Below, piece after piece: positions 1 to 8,367 of a stretch of 16,498 bases of DNA. The position numbers and the translations under genes were made by a program. The stretch spans positions 1-16,498 of the forward strand of contig CBFIGT010000046.1 of NCBI GenBank assembly GCA_965662175.1, given 5' to 3'. Each line of letters starts with the position of its first letter. Position 1 is the first letter of the stretch. Source of the DNA: Arcobacter sp. GTDB taxonomy: Bacteria > Campylobacterota > Campylobacteria > Campylobacterales > Arcobacteraceae. Below the pieces are notes generated by a model that was not told the origin of the DNA, did not search any database, and saw only the letters and a list, made by a program, of their open reading frames with translations.

Positions 1-1
1 A

Positions 2-469
2 GTTACTTTTGGAAATACAGTTTTAAAAGGTAATGCTACAAAAATTAGAACACTATATAAAGATAAGATATTAGCAGGGTTTGCTGGTAGTACAGCTGAT
101 GCTTTTAATCTTTTTGATATGTTTGAAGCTCACTTAGAGAATACTAAAGGTGATTTATTAAAAGCTGTTGTTGCATTTTCTAAAGAGTGGAGAAAAGATA
201 AAGTTCTTAGACGACTTGAAGCTATGATGATTGTATTAAATAAAGAGCATATTTTTATTTTAAGTGGAACAGGTGATGTTGTTGAACCTGAAGATGGAAT
301 GATAGCTTCTATTGGAAGTGGTGGAAACTTTGCCATTTCAGCAGCTAGAGCATTGCAAAAACACTCAAATTTGGATCCTGAAGATTTAGTAAAAGAGTCA
401 TTGATGATTGCAGGTGAATTATGTATTTATACAAATCAAAATATAAAATTATTAAAAATTGAGGATTAA
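2..469 (+). CDS. hslV: ATP-dependent protease peptidase subunit HslV (5'-truncated by window edge)
   Basis: Frame is open from nt 2 ([42 protein letters not shown]...), extending the track ORF. HslV motifs [26 protein letters not shown] and CIYTN are present. Directly upstream of hslU. Confidence 0.97.
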   Translation, partial: VTFGNTVLKGNATKIRTLYKDKILAGFAGSTADAFNLFDMFEAHLENTKGDLLKAVVAFSKEWRKDKVLRRLEAMMIVLNKEHIFILSGTGDVVEPEDGMIASIGSGGNFAISAARALQKHSNLDPEDLVKESLMIAGELCIYTNQNIKLLKIED

Positions 470-474
470 AAGAG

Positions 475-1806
475 ATGGATTTAACTCCTAAAGAGATTGT
501 AAAATATTTAGATGATTATATTATAGGTCAAAATGATGCAAAAAAAACAATTGCATTAGCACTTAGAAATAGATATAGAAGAATGCAACTTGAACCAAAA
601 ATTCAAGAAGAGATAATGCCTAAAAATATCCTTATGATAGGAAGTACAGGTGTTGGTAAAACTGAAATAGCTAGAAGATTAGCAAAAATGATGAGTTTAC
701 CATTTGTAAAAGTTGAAGCTAGTAAATATACAGAAGTTGGATTTGTAGGTCGTGATGTTGAGTCTATGATTAGAGATTTAGTTTTTGCTTCTGTTGATAT
801 GGTAACAAAAGAGTATGAAGAGAAGATACAAGATGGAATAGAGCAAGAGATAAATAGACAGATTATTGAAAAACTAGTTCCTCCTTTACCTCAAACTGCA
901 AGTGAAAGCACAAAAGAGTCTTTTATTAAAACATATAACAAAATGGAAGAAAAACTATTAGCAGGTGAGTTAGATGAAAAGATAATTGAAATAGAGCTTC
1001 CAAAAAAAGCTCATGTTGAGGTTATTGATTCTTCATTTCCTATTGATATGACATCTATGCAAGAGAGTCTTAATAATATGTTAGGTTCACTTAATAAAGA
1101 TAAAATAAAAAAAGAAGTAAAAATAAAAGATGCAAAAAAACTTCTTAGAAATGGTGCTAGTGAAAAACTTTTAGATCATGAATCAATTAAACATGAAGCT
1201 ATAAAAAGAGCTGAAAATGGTGGAATAATATTCTTAGATGAGATTGATAAAATAGCATCAGGAAAAGGTAATGGAGCAAATCAAGACCCAAGTAAAGAGG
1301 GTGTTCAAAGGGATTTATTACCAATAGTTGAGGGAAGTAGTGTTCAAACTAAATTTGGGCAAGTTAAAACTGACCATATACTATTTATAGCAGCTGGAGC
1401 TTTCCATGTTTCAAAACCAAGCGATTTATTACCTGAGCTTCAAGGAAGATTTCCTTTAAGAGTTGAATTAAGTTCACTTGATGAAGAGGCACTTTATAAA
1501 ATATTAACAAATACTAAAAACTCACTTCTAAAGCAGTATAAAGCTCTTTTAAAAGTTGAAGATGTTACTTTAGAGTTTGATGATGAAGCTATTAGGTCTT
1601 TTGCTCACTTATCAGTTACAGCTAATCAAAAAGCTGAAGATATAGGTGCTAGAAGATTACATACTGTTATTGAAAAAGTTATTGAAGATATTAGTTTTAA
1701 TGCTGATGAGAGAAAAGGTGAGACTGTAGTTATAACTAAAGAATTAGTTGAAGAAAAATTAACTGATTTAGTTAAAGATGAAGATACTGCAAGATATATC
1801 TTGTAG
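475..1806 (+). CDS. hslU: ATP-dependent protease ATPase subunit HslU
   Basis: N-terminal LTPKEIV..LDDYIIGQ, Walker A GSTGVGKT, pore loop TEVGFVGRDVESM, Walker B IIFLDEIDKI, GVQRDLLP, ELQGRFP, IGARRL and C-terminal RYIL. Confidence 0.98.
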   Translation: MDLTPKEIVKYLDDYIIGQNDAKKTIALALRNRYRRMQLEPKIQEEIMPKNILMIGSTGVGKTEIARRLAKMMSLPFVKVEASKYTEVGFVGRDVESMIRDLVFASVDMVTKEYEEKIQDGIEQEINRQIIEKLVPPLPQTASESTKESFIKTYNKMEEKLLAGELDEKIIEIELPKKAHVEVIDSSFPIDMTSMQESLNNMLGSLNKDKIKKEVKIKDAKKLLRNGASEKLLDHESIKHEAIKRAENGGIIFLDEIDKIASGKGNGANQDPSKEGVQRDLLPIVEGSSVQTKFGQVKTDHILFIAAGAFHVSKPSDLLPELQGRFPLRVELSSLDEEALYKILTNTKNSLLKQYKALLKVEDVTLEFDDEAIRSFAHLSVTANQKAEDIGARRLHTVIEKVIEDISFNADERKGETVVITKELVEEKLTDLVKDEDTARYIL

Positions 1807-1817
1807 TTTTTTTCTTT

Positions 1818-1829
1818 TTTAGATAAAAT
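1818..1829 (+). promoter_or_regulatory. Putative sigma70 promoter (-10 TAAAAT) for the receiver-like gene and tatD
   Basis: TTTAGATAAAAT preceded by T-runs, about 30 nt before ATG 1861. The identical 12-mer recurs at 2944-2955. Confidence 0.55.
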
Positions 1830-1860
1830 AATTAAACTAAGAACGAACAAGGTGATTAAT

Positions 1861-2163
1861 ATGAAAATAGTAACTTTTTGTGAAATTGATAATTCGATTT
1901 TTAACTCTAATCATGAAGTTGAATATTTTGAAAACTGTAGCGGGGAAGCTGATATAGCTTTGTTGGACATAAACTCTATATTTGATTTTGAAGAGAATAA
2001 ACATACAAATTGCAAAGATAAATTTGTCTCAATTGCACTTATTGATGATGAAGATGATTATGATGCATTTAAAAACTTTGGAATAGATGCTTGGATTAAA
2101 CATGAAGATATTTCAAAAATAAATGAATTATTGGATATTTTGAAGAAAAGGTTTTTATCATAA
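1861..2163 (+). CDS. Small acidic protein with a degenerate stand-alone receiver (CheY-like) fold
   Basis: ATG 1861 follows the RBS-like AAGGTG (1849-1854); the track's GTG 1852 lies inside that RBS. DIALLDIN resembles receiver beta3 with the phospho-Asp, and GIDAWIKH resembles the GAxDYIxK beta5 motif. Confidence 0.6.
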   Translation: MKIVTFCEIDNSIFNSNHEVEYFENCSGEADIALLDINSIFDFEENKHTNCKDKFVSIALIDDEDDYDAFKNFGIDAWIKHEDISKINELLDILKKRFLS

Positions 2164-2948
2164 TTTTAGATACTCACTGTCACCTTGACAACAAACAATA
2201 TTATGAAGATGTTGATGAGGTAATAAATCGAGCACTTGAAAATGGTGTTAAAGGTTTTTTAATACCAGGTGCTGATTTTGAAGATTTACCTCAAGCTATT
2301 AGATTAGCTGAAAAATACAAAGAAGTTTTTTTCTCAGTTGGTATTCATCCTTATGATGCATCATCTTATGATGAAGCTGTTATGGAAAAATATGTTAATC
2401 ATCCTAAATGTATAGCAATAGGTGAGTGTGGATTAGATTATTATCGTTTACCTGAAGATGAAGCTGAAAAAATTGCAGAAAAAAAGCTACAAAAAGAGGT
2501 TTTTATTTCTCAAATTGAGTTTGCTAAAAAAGTAAAAAAACCACTTATTGTTCATATTAGAGATGCCTCAAATGATTCAAGAGAGATTTTAGAAAAATAT
2601 AAAGCTAGTGAGGTTGGTGGAGTATTGCACTGTTATAATGCTAGTGAACATCTATTACCTCTATCTAATCATGGATTTTATTTTGGAATTGGTGGAGTTT
2701 TAACATTTAAAAATGCTAAAAAGCTAGTAGAGGTTTTACCTAAAATTCCATTAAATAAACTATTAATAGAAACAGATGCTCCATATTTAACTCCACATCC
2801 CCATCGTGGAAAAAGAAATGAACCTTTTTATACAACTTTTGTATCTCAAAAAATCTCTGAACTTTTAGATTTAGATAATCAAGAGGTCCAAAAAATAACC
2901 ACAATTAACGCTCAAAAATTGTTTAAAGAGTTTTCTAGCATAATTTAG
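2160..2948 (+). CDS. tatD: TatD family hydrolase/DNase with a probable non-canonical ATA start
   Basis: The frame of track ORF 2382 is open upstream and encodes (I)ILDTHCHLD...FFSVGIHPYDA, the TatD N-terminal HxH motif. Downstream motifs AIGECGLDYY, LIVHIRDA, GVLHCY, IETDAPYL and KRNEP are present. RBS-like AAAAGGT at 2146-2152. Confidence 0.93.
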   Translation: MILDTHCHLDNKQYYEDVDEVINRALENGVKGFLIPGADFEDLPQAIRLAEKYKEVFFSVGIHPYDASSYDEAVMEKYVNHPKCIAIGECGLDYYRLPEDEAEKIAEKKLQKEVFISQIEFAKKVKKPLIVHIRDASNDSREILEKYKASEVGGVLHCYNASEHLLPLSNHGFYFGIGGVLTFKNAKKLVEVLPKIPLNKLLIETDAPYLTPHPHRGKRNEPFYTTFVSQKISELLDLDNQEVQKITTINAQKLFKEFSSII

Positions 2949-2955
2949 ATAAAAT
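2944..2955 (+). promoter_or_regulatory. Putative sigma70 promoter (-10 TAAAAT) for the mltD-to-GNAT gene run
   Basis: TTTAGATAAAAT overlaps the tatD stop, about 32 nt upstream of TTG 2988. RBS AGGA at 2977-2980. Confidence 0.55.
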
Positions 2956-2987
2956 CTTACCTATTTATTAAATTATAGGATTATGGA

Positions 2988-4364
2988 TTGATTAAATTAT
3001 TGTTATTGATAACTCTTTTTACGCTTAATAGTTTTGCTTCATTAATAGGAAGTAACTTTTCACAAAGGGATTTACAAGTTTTAAAAGAGCTTGATATTGA
3101 CCCCTCTTACATAACTGATTACAAACTTCAAAAAACTTATAACAGATATCTTTTAAATACTCAAGATAGATATGTAAATAAGTTTAATAAGGCTTCACTA
3201 TTTGTACCAAAGGTAAAAGAGATTTTAAGAGAAGAGGGTTTACCTGAAACTTTTCTTTATTTAGCAATGGCTGAATCTAACTTTACTATTGATGCAAAAT
3301 CAAGAGTAAGAGCTACAGGAATGTGGCAATTTATGTCTCAAACAGCTAAAAATCTAGGTTTAAAAAATGACCTTTATGTTGATGAAAGAATGGATATTGT
3401 TAAGTCAACTAAGGCAGCAACTAAATACTTAAAATATTTACATACACAGTTTGATAAATGGTATTTAGCAGCTATTGCATATAATTGTGGTCAAGGTAGA
3501 GTAATTGAAGCAATTACTAGAGCTACAATTGATATGTATGAAAAAGAGTATGGATTAAAAAACGATAAGTCAAAAGAGATAAAAGAGTATAGAAAAACAA
3601 TATCAGCTTATACAAGAAAAAGAGTAAGATTTTCAGAGCTTAATAAGATTTATAATGAGATTTTAACGTGGGATGTAAAACCTGATATTTATGAACTATT
3701 AATTGAGCAAAAAAATCTAAGAAGACAATATTTACCTGTTGAGAGTAGAAATTATATTAGAAAAATCATATCTTTAGCTATGATGAATAATCAAAGTTTT
3801 ATAACAGAAAATGACCACTCTCATATTAGAAATATAGGATTAACATCTCCTATTGCTACTGTTAATGTAAAGGGTGGTTTACACTTAAAAAATATTGCTG
3901 AAGCTATTGGTATGGAGTATAGAGATTTAAAAATGCTAAATAAGCATATTGTTAGAAATATTATTCCAACATATGATGATGAATATCATATTTATATTCC
4001 TTATAGTAGATTATCAAGATTTAATTTAAATAAAATGAATATTGCTCCAACTAGATATAAAGTTCATATTGTACAAAGTGGAGACACACTTTATGGAATT
4101 GGGAAAAAATATGGAATTTCACACAAAGCAATTAAAAGTTTTAATAAATTAAAATCTAGTAATTTATCTTTAAGACAAAAACTTGTTATTCCTTTTGTTG
4201 AGGGAAGTGAACTAACTACAAAAAACTATTATGTAAAAAGTGGAGATACACTTTTATCAATTGCAAAAATGCATAGAGTTGAGTTAGAGAAATTAATGAG
4301 TGATAATAATTTAAAAAATGCTTTAATTAAAAAAGGAGATAAACTTGTTATTACATTTAGATAA
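2988..4364 (+). CDS. mltD: Lytic transglycosylase (SLT domain plus LysM repeats), MltD-like
   Basis: Signal peptide; SLT motifs LAMAES (catalytic Glu), ATGMWQFM, DERMD, AAIAYNCG and ESRNYI; two C-terminal LysM repeats (VQSGDTLYGI, VKSGDTLLSI). Confidence 0.88.
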   Translation: MIKLLLLITLFTLNSFASLIGSNFSQRDLQVLKELDIDPSYITDYKLQKTYNRYLLNTQDRYVNKFNKASLFVPKVKEILREEGLPETFLYLAMAESNFTIDAKSRVRATGMWQFMSQTAKNLGLKNDLYVDERMDIVKSTKAATKYLKYLHTQFDKWYLAAIAYNCGQGRVIEAITRATIDMYEKEYGLKNDKSKEIKEYRKTISAYTRKRVRFSELNKIYNEILTWDVKPDIYELLIEQKNLRRQYLPVESRNYIRKIISLAMMNNQSFITENDHSHIRNIGLTSPIATVNVKGGLHLKNIAEAIGMEYRDLKMLNKHIVRNIIPTYDDEYHIYIPYSRLSRFNLNKMNIAPTRYKVHIVQSGDTLYGIGKKYGISHKAIKSFNKLKSSNLSLRQKLVIPFVEGSELTTKNYYVKSGDTLLSIAKMHRVELEKLMSDNNLKNALIKKGDKLVITFR

Positions 4365-5160
4365 GATATTAAAAACATCTCTAGTTGTAGCTTCAGTTTC
4401 ACTTTTTTCGGGATGTTTTTCTTCTTCAAAAAATTATAATTATGGTGGAGTTTTTGCACCAAAAGATAGAAGTTCAATACATGTACCTGAACAAAAAATA
4501 AAAAACTCAGAAGCTATGCATAGGGCAACTATGAGACCATATCAAGTATTTGGGAAGTGGTATTATCCAACTTTAGCAAAAGTTGGTGATACTCAAGTTG
4601 GTATTTCATCTTGGTATGGACCTAAATTTCATGCTAAAACAACTTCAAATGGTGAAATATATAATATGTATAAAGCAACAGCAGCACATAAAACTTTACC
4701 TATGAATACAATGCTTAAAGTTGAAAACTTAGAGAATGGAAAATCAACTATTGTAAGAATAAATGATAGAGGTCCTTTTGTAGGAAGTAGAATTATAGAT
4801 TTATCAAATAAAGCAGCACGTGATATAGATATGGTTGCAAAAGGAACAGCAAAAGTTAAAATTACTGTTTTAGGTTTTCATGCTAAAATTGCCCAAACTA
4901 AAGAGGAAAAAGAGGAAGTTGCTAGTGTTGGTAAATACTATTTACAAGTTGGTGCTTTTAGTAAATATGATGGTGCTTTAATTACAAAAAATAGATTTAA
5001 AATGATGCTTGGTTCTGAATATGATGTTATAATAAAAAAAGGTTTTTCAAACGACAAAAGTATTAATAGAGTTTGGATTAGTGGATTTAGATCAGAAGAA
5101 GAGATTAAAGACTTTAAAGAGAAAAACTCTTTAGATAGTGCTATGATAATCGCAGAATAA
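4345..5160 (+). CDS. rlpA: Septal ring lytic transglycosylase RlpA family lipoprotein (DPBB plus SPOR)
   Basis: Lipobox LFSGC; DPBB motifs GISSWYG, TAAHKTLP and VRINDRGPF...IIDLS; SPOR-like YYLQVGAFS. TTG start after AAGGAG, overlapping mltD by 20 nt. Confidence 0.93.
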   Translation: MLLHLDKILKTSLVVASVSLFSGCFSSSKNYNYGGVFAPKDRSSIHVPEQKIKNSEAMHRATMRPYQVFGKWYYPTLAKVGDTQVGISSWYGPKFHAKTTSNGEIYNMYKATAAHKTLPMNTMLKVENLENGKSTIVRINDRGPFVGSRIIDLSNKAARDIDMVAKGTAKVKITVLGFHAKIAQTKEEKEEVASVGKYYLQVGAFSKYDGALITKNRFKMMLGSEYDVIIKKGFSNDKSINRVWISGFRSEEEIKDFKEKNSLDSAMIIAE

Positions 5161-5173
5161 TAGGATATATAAA

Positions 5174-5746
5174 ATGGCAGAAATCAGTAGAAAAACAAAA
5201 GAAACAGATATAAATTGTAAGATTGATATAAATGGTACTGGTAAATCAAATATAAACACAGGTGTAGGTTTTTTTGACCATATGTTAGAAGCCTTATCAA
5301 AACATAGTGGAATTGATATTGATTTAACATGTAAAGGTGATTTACATATAGATGCTCACCATACTGTTGAGGATTGTGGGATTGTTTTAGGAAAAGCTTT
5401 AAAACAAGATATTTTTCCAATACAAGCTGTTGAAAGATATGGAAATGCAACTGTTGTTATGGATGAAGCATCTACAACTTGTGCCTTAGATTTATCAAAT
5501 AGACCATATTTAGTTTATGAGGTAAATGTTAGTGGAAAAGTAGGGGATTTTGATGTGGAGTTAGCTGAAGAGTTTTTCCATGCAGTTGCTGGAAATGCTG
5601 GCTTAACAGTACATATTATCCAAGATAGAGGAAGAAATAAACATCATATATTAGAAGCTAGTTTCAAAGCCTTTGCAGTTGCATTAAGAAGAGCAATGGC
5701 AAGAAATGAAAAACTAGGAGTTCCTAGTACAAAAGGTGTTTTATGA
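5174..5746 (+). CDS. hisB: Imidazoleglycerol-phosphate dehydratase (monofunctional)
   Basis: RKTKETDI, TGVGFFDHML, IDAHHTVED, MDEA, NKHHILEA and PSTKGVL motifs. Confidence 0.97.
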   Translation: MAEISRKTKETDINCKIDINGTGKSNINTGVGFFDHMLEALSKHSGIDIDLTCKGDLHIDAHHTVEDCGIVLGKALKQDIFPIQAVERYGNATVVMDEASTTCALDLSNRPYLVYEVNVSGKVGDFDVELAEEFFHAVAGNAGLTVHIIQDRGRNKHHILEASFKAFAVALRRAMARNEKLGVPSTKGVL

Positions 5747-6240
5747 TTGAGTTAATTGTTCTTGATGTTGATGGAACATTAACTGATGGTAAAATTATTT
5801 ATACAAACAGTGGTGATGAAATAAAAGAGTTTGATGTATCAGATGGTTTAGCAATTGCTGTTTGGACAAAACAGTTTGGTAAAAAAGCAGCTATTATTAC
5901 AGGTAGAAACTCAACACTAATTGAAAGAAGAGCAAAAGAGTTAGGTATTGGGCATCTTTATCAAGGTGTTCATAACAAAGATGAAGTTTTAGAAAATATT
6001 TTAAAAGAAGAGAATATATCTTGGCATCAAGTGGCTGCTATTGGTGATGATTTAAATGATTATAAAATGTTAAAAAAAGCAGGACTTTCATTTACTCCAC
6101 AAAATGGTTCAAAATATATTAAAGAGATAGTTAATGTAGTTTGCCAAAAAAAAGGTGGAGAGGGTGCTGTTCGTGAGATGATGGAGTATATTTTTAAAGA
6201 TGATGGCTTAGAAGAGGAGTTTTTAAAACTATGGCAATAA
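5743..6240 (+). CDS. kdsC: KDO 8-phosphate phosphatase (HAD family)
   Basis: DVDGTLTDG, FDVSDGLAI, IITGR, IGDDLND and GGEGAVRE motifs. Upstream of lptC/lptA; ATGA overlap with hisB. Confidence 0.9.
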   Translation: MIELIVLDVDGTLTDGKIIYTNSGDEIKEFDVSDGLAIAVWTKQFGKKAAIITGRNSTLIERRAKELGIGHLYQGVHNKDEVLENILKEENISWHQVAAIGDDLNDYKMLKKAGLSFTPQNGSKYIKEIVNVVCQKKGGEGAVREMMEYIFKDDGLEEEFLKLWQ

Positions 6241-6749
6241 AATATTTTGCTTATTCATTGTTTACTATTGCTTTTTTTTCTATGATTGTTACTATTGATG
6301 AAGAGAGTAGCAGCAGTGTAAAAAAAGAGAAAGCACAAATTGTTTTTGACAATTCAACACTTTATACAATGAGTACACAAAATATTGATAGAATTGTAAA
6401 CTCTACAAAGGCATTAAAATATAAAAATAGAGATGTAATGTATGATGGGAAAATTATCTTAAGAGCAAAAGATAATAGAACTGATTATATAGAATCAGAT
6501 GTAATAATAAAAAGAAAAGATGATTATAAATTTTTGAATAATGTAAAATATAATAAAGAGAATGATATTACTTTAAATACAAACGAACTTTTTTATAATA
6601 CAAAAACAAAAATAGCAAAAAATAGTAAACCTTTTGATGGTTATTATTATGAGCATAAAATAAAAGGGACTAATTTATATTTAGATACAACAAAATCTAT
6701 ATTTAAGTCTGAAAAATCACATTTTGAAATTGAATTAACTAGTAAATAA
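6231..6749 (+). CDS. lptC: LPS export ABC transporter periplasmic protein LptC-like
   Basis: Single N-terminal hydrophobic anchor, beta-rich body (LNTNELFYNTKTKIA, IKGTNLYLD), and position between kdsC and lptA. Assignment rests largely on synteny. Confidence 0.7.
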   Translation: MAIKYFAYSLFTIAFFSMIVTIDEESSSSVKKEKAQIVFDNSTLYTMSTQNIDRIVNSTKALKYKNRDVMYDGKIILRAKDNRTDYIESDVIIKRKDDYKFLNNVKYNKENDITLNTNELFYNTKTKIAKNSKPFDGYYYEHKIKGTNLYLDTTKSIFKSEKSHFEIELTSK

Positions 6750-6758
6750 AGGTAAATA

Positions 6759-7271
6759 ATGAGAATTTTTTTAATATTGAGTTTAAGTATATGTTTTATG
6801 TTTGCAGAGAAATTAATTATTGATGCAAAAAAGTTTGAAGCTTATGATGAAAAAGGTTTATCTGTATTTACAGGTAATGTAAAAATGCTAAAAGAAAAAG
6901 ATGAATTAGAATCAGATAGATTAGAGATATATTTAAGTAAGAAAGTAGCTGATAAAAAAAGAGAAGCCTTAAAATATATTGCATTAGGTAATGTTAAATT
7001 TAAAGTAAAAACAGCTAATAAATTTTATGAGGGAAAAGGGGATAAAGTAGTTTATGACCCTAAAAAAATGCAATATGAAATTACAGGAAATGGATTTCTA
7101 AAAGAGGTAACTGAAGATAAAAAACTATATGGTGATAAAATTTTTATTAATCAACTAACAGGTGAAGCAAAAGTAAGTGGAACTAAAAATAAACCTGTAA
7201 GGTTTATAATTGATTTAGGAGAGAGTAAAAGTGATACTCCAAAAGAGAGTAAAACAGAGGACAAAAAATGA
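6759..7271 (+). CDS. lptA: LPS transport periplasmic protein LptA (OstA-like)
   Basis: Signal peptide; jellyroll motifs IIDAKKFE, VFTGNVKM, ALGNVKF, ITGNG, LYGDKI and KPVRFII. Confidence 0.88.
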   Translation: MRIFLILSLSICFMFAEKLIIDAKKFEAYDEKGLSVFTGNVKMLKEKDELESDRLEIYLSKKVADKKREALKYIALGNVKFKVKTANKFYEGKGDKVVYDPKKMQYEITGNGFLKEVTEDKKLYGDKIFINQLTGEAKVSGTKNKPVRFIIDLGESKSDTPKESKTEDKK

Positions 7272-7876
7272 GAATAATTGAAGCTACTTTTATGCAATCA
7301 GCCCAAAGTATAGCTGATTCTCCAAGTCCTGATGTTGCAGAGATTGCTTTTTTAGGTAGAAGTAATGTGGGTAAAAGTTCACTTTTAAATACATTAACAA
7401 ATAGAAAAGGTTTAGCAAAATCATCATCAACACCTGGAAAAACCCAGTTAATAAACTACTTTAATATCAAGTTTAAAACAGATGAAGAGAATGATATGCC
7501 TGAGCATTTATTTGCTAGATTTGTGGATTTACCAGGTTTTGGATATGCAAGAGTTTCAAAAAGTTTAAAAGCTGAATGGAATAGAAACTTAACAAACTAT
7601 TTAGAACAAAGACCAAATTTACAAATCTTTGTACACTTAATAGATGCACGACATCCTGATTTAGAGATTGATAAAAATGTTGATGATTTTTTAAAGACTT
7701 TTAAAAGAGGTGATCAAATTATTATTAATGCTTTTACAAAAACAGATAAATTAAAACAAAATGATTTACAAAAATTAAAAAGAGCATACCCAGATGGAAT
7801 TTTCATCTCTAATTTGAAAAAGAGAGGAATAATAGACCTTCAAAATAGAATTACAGGATATTTATTTGGAAATTAG
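7268..7876 (+). CDS. yihA: Ribosome biogenesis GTP-binding protein YihA/YsxC (EngB)
   Basis: G1 GRSNVGKSS, SSTPGKTQLIN, G3 DLPGFGYA, LIDARH and G4 TKTDK. Confidence 0.96.
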   Translation: MRIIEATFMQSAQSIADSPSPDVAEIAFLGRSNVGKSSLLNTLTNRKGLAKSSSTPGKTQLINYFNIKFKTDEENDMPEHLFARFVDLPGFGYARVSKSLKAEWNRNLTNYLEQRPNLQIFVHLIDARHPDLEIDKNVDDFLKTFKRGDQIIINAFTKTDKLKQNDLQKLKRAYPDGIFISNLKKRGIIDLQNRITGYLFGN

Positions 7877-8327
7877 ATTTTATAAACCAACAACTAAAGA
7901 TATAGTATCAATGCAAGCTTTAGTAAAAGGTGAAGTTGATAAGGGTACTATTTTACTTCGAACTGAGGATGAAATGGCAAATACTATTAGGTCATATACA
8001 GTTGTTGAAGTTGATGGGATTATGGCTGGATTTGTGGCAACGCACATACACTCTATTAGATTAGCTGAAGTTAGAAGTTTAATTGTAGCAAAAGAGTATA
8101 GAAGATTAAAGCTTGGTAAGCAGTTGGTTGAAGCTTGTATTAAAGAGGCTAGATTTTATGGTCTTGAACAGCTTTTATCTTTGACTTATGAGGCTGAATT
8201 CTTTAGAACTTGTGGTTTTAGAGTTATTGAAAAAGAGCAAATCCCTGAACATAAGATTTGGGCTGATTGTATTAGATGTAAGCATTTCCCCGTTTGTGAG
8301 GAGATTGCTATGGTTTACGATTTATAA
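7866..8327 (+). CDS. GNAT N-acetyltransferase, short ArgA-like (amino-acid N-acetyltransferase) type
   Basis: ILLRTEDE, LAEVRSLIV, YRRLKLGKQLV (acetyl-CoA loop), LTYEAEFF..CGF and the C-terminal KIWADCIRCKHFPVCEEIAM motif. Confidence 0.8.
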   Translation: MEIRFYKPTTKDIVSMQALVKGEVDKGTILLRTEDEMANTIRSYTVVEVDGIMAGFVATHIHSIRLAEVRSLIVAKEYRRLKLGKQLVEACIKEARFYGLEQLLSLTYEAEFFRTCGFRVIEKEQIPEHKIWADCIRCKHFPVCEEIAMVYDL

Positions 8328-8334
8328 AAAAACT

Positions 8335-8367
8335 AAAACTCTATAAAATAGCTTTTATAGAGTTTTT
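8335..8367. terminator. Bidirectional intrinsic terminator between convergent operons
   Basis: Perfect 14-bp inverted repeat AAAACTCTATAAAA (8335-8348) / TTTTATAGAGTTTT (8353-8366), 4-nt loop, T-runs on both strands. Confidence 0.8.

Noticed and set aside
130..336. 68-aa minus-strand ORF
   Set aside because: Antisense shadow of hslV with no recognisable motifs.
1626..1850. 74-aa minus-strand ORF
   Set aside because: Mostly antisense to the hslU 3' end; composition is typical of a shadow ORF.
2382..2384. ATG 2382 as the tatD start
   Set aside because: It would omit the HxH and GIHP motifs encoded in frame upstream.
4229..5450. Minus-strand ORFs 4229-4477 and 5184-5450
   Set aside because: Antisense to mltD/rlpA and hisB with no family features.
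7220..7254. 11-nt direct repeat AGAGAGTAAAA in the lptA tail
   Set aside because: Only two copies, encoding a low-complexity charged tail (ESK); not a CRISPR or mobile-element signal.
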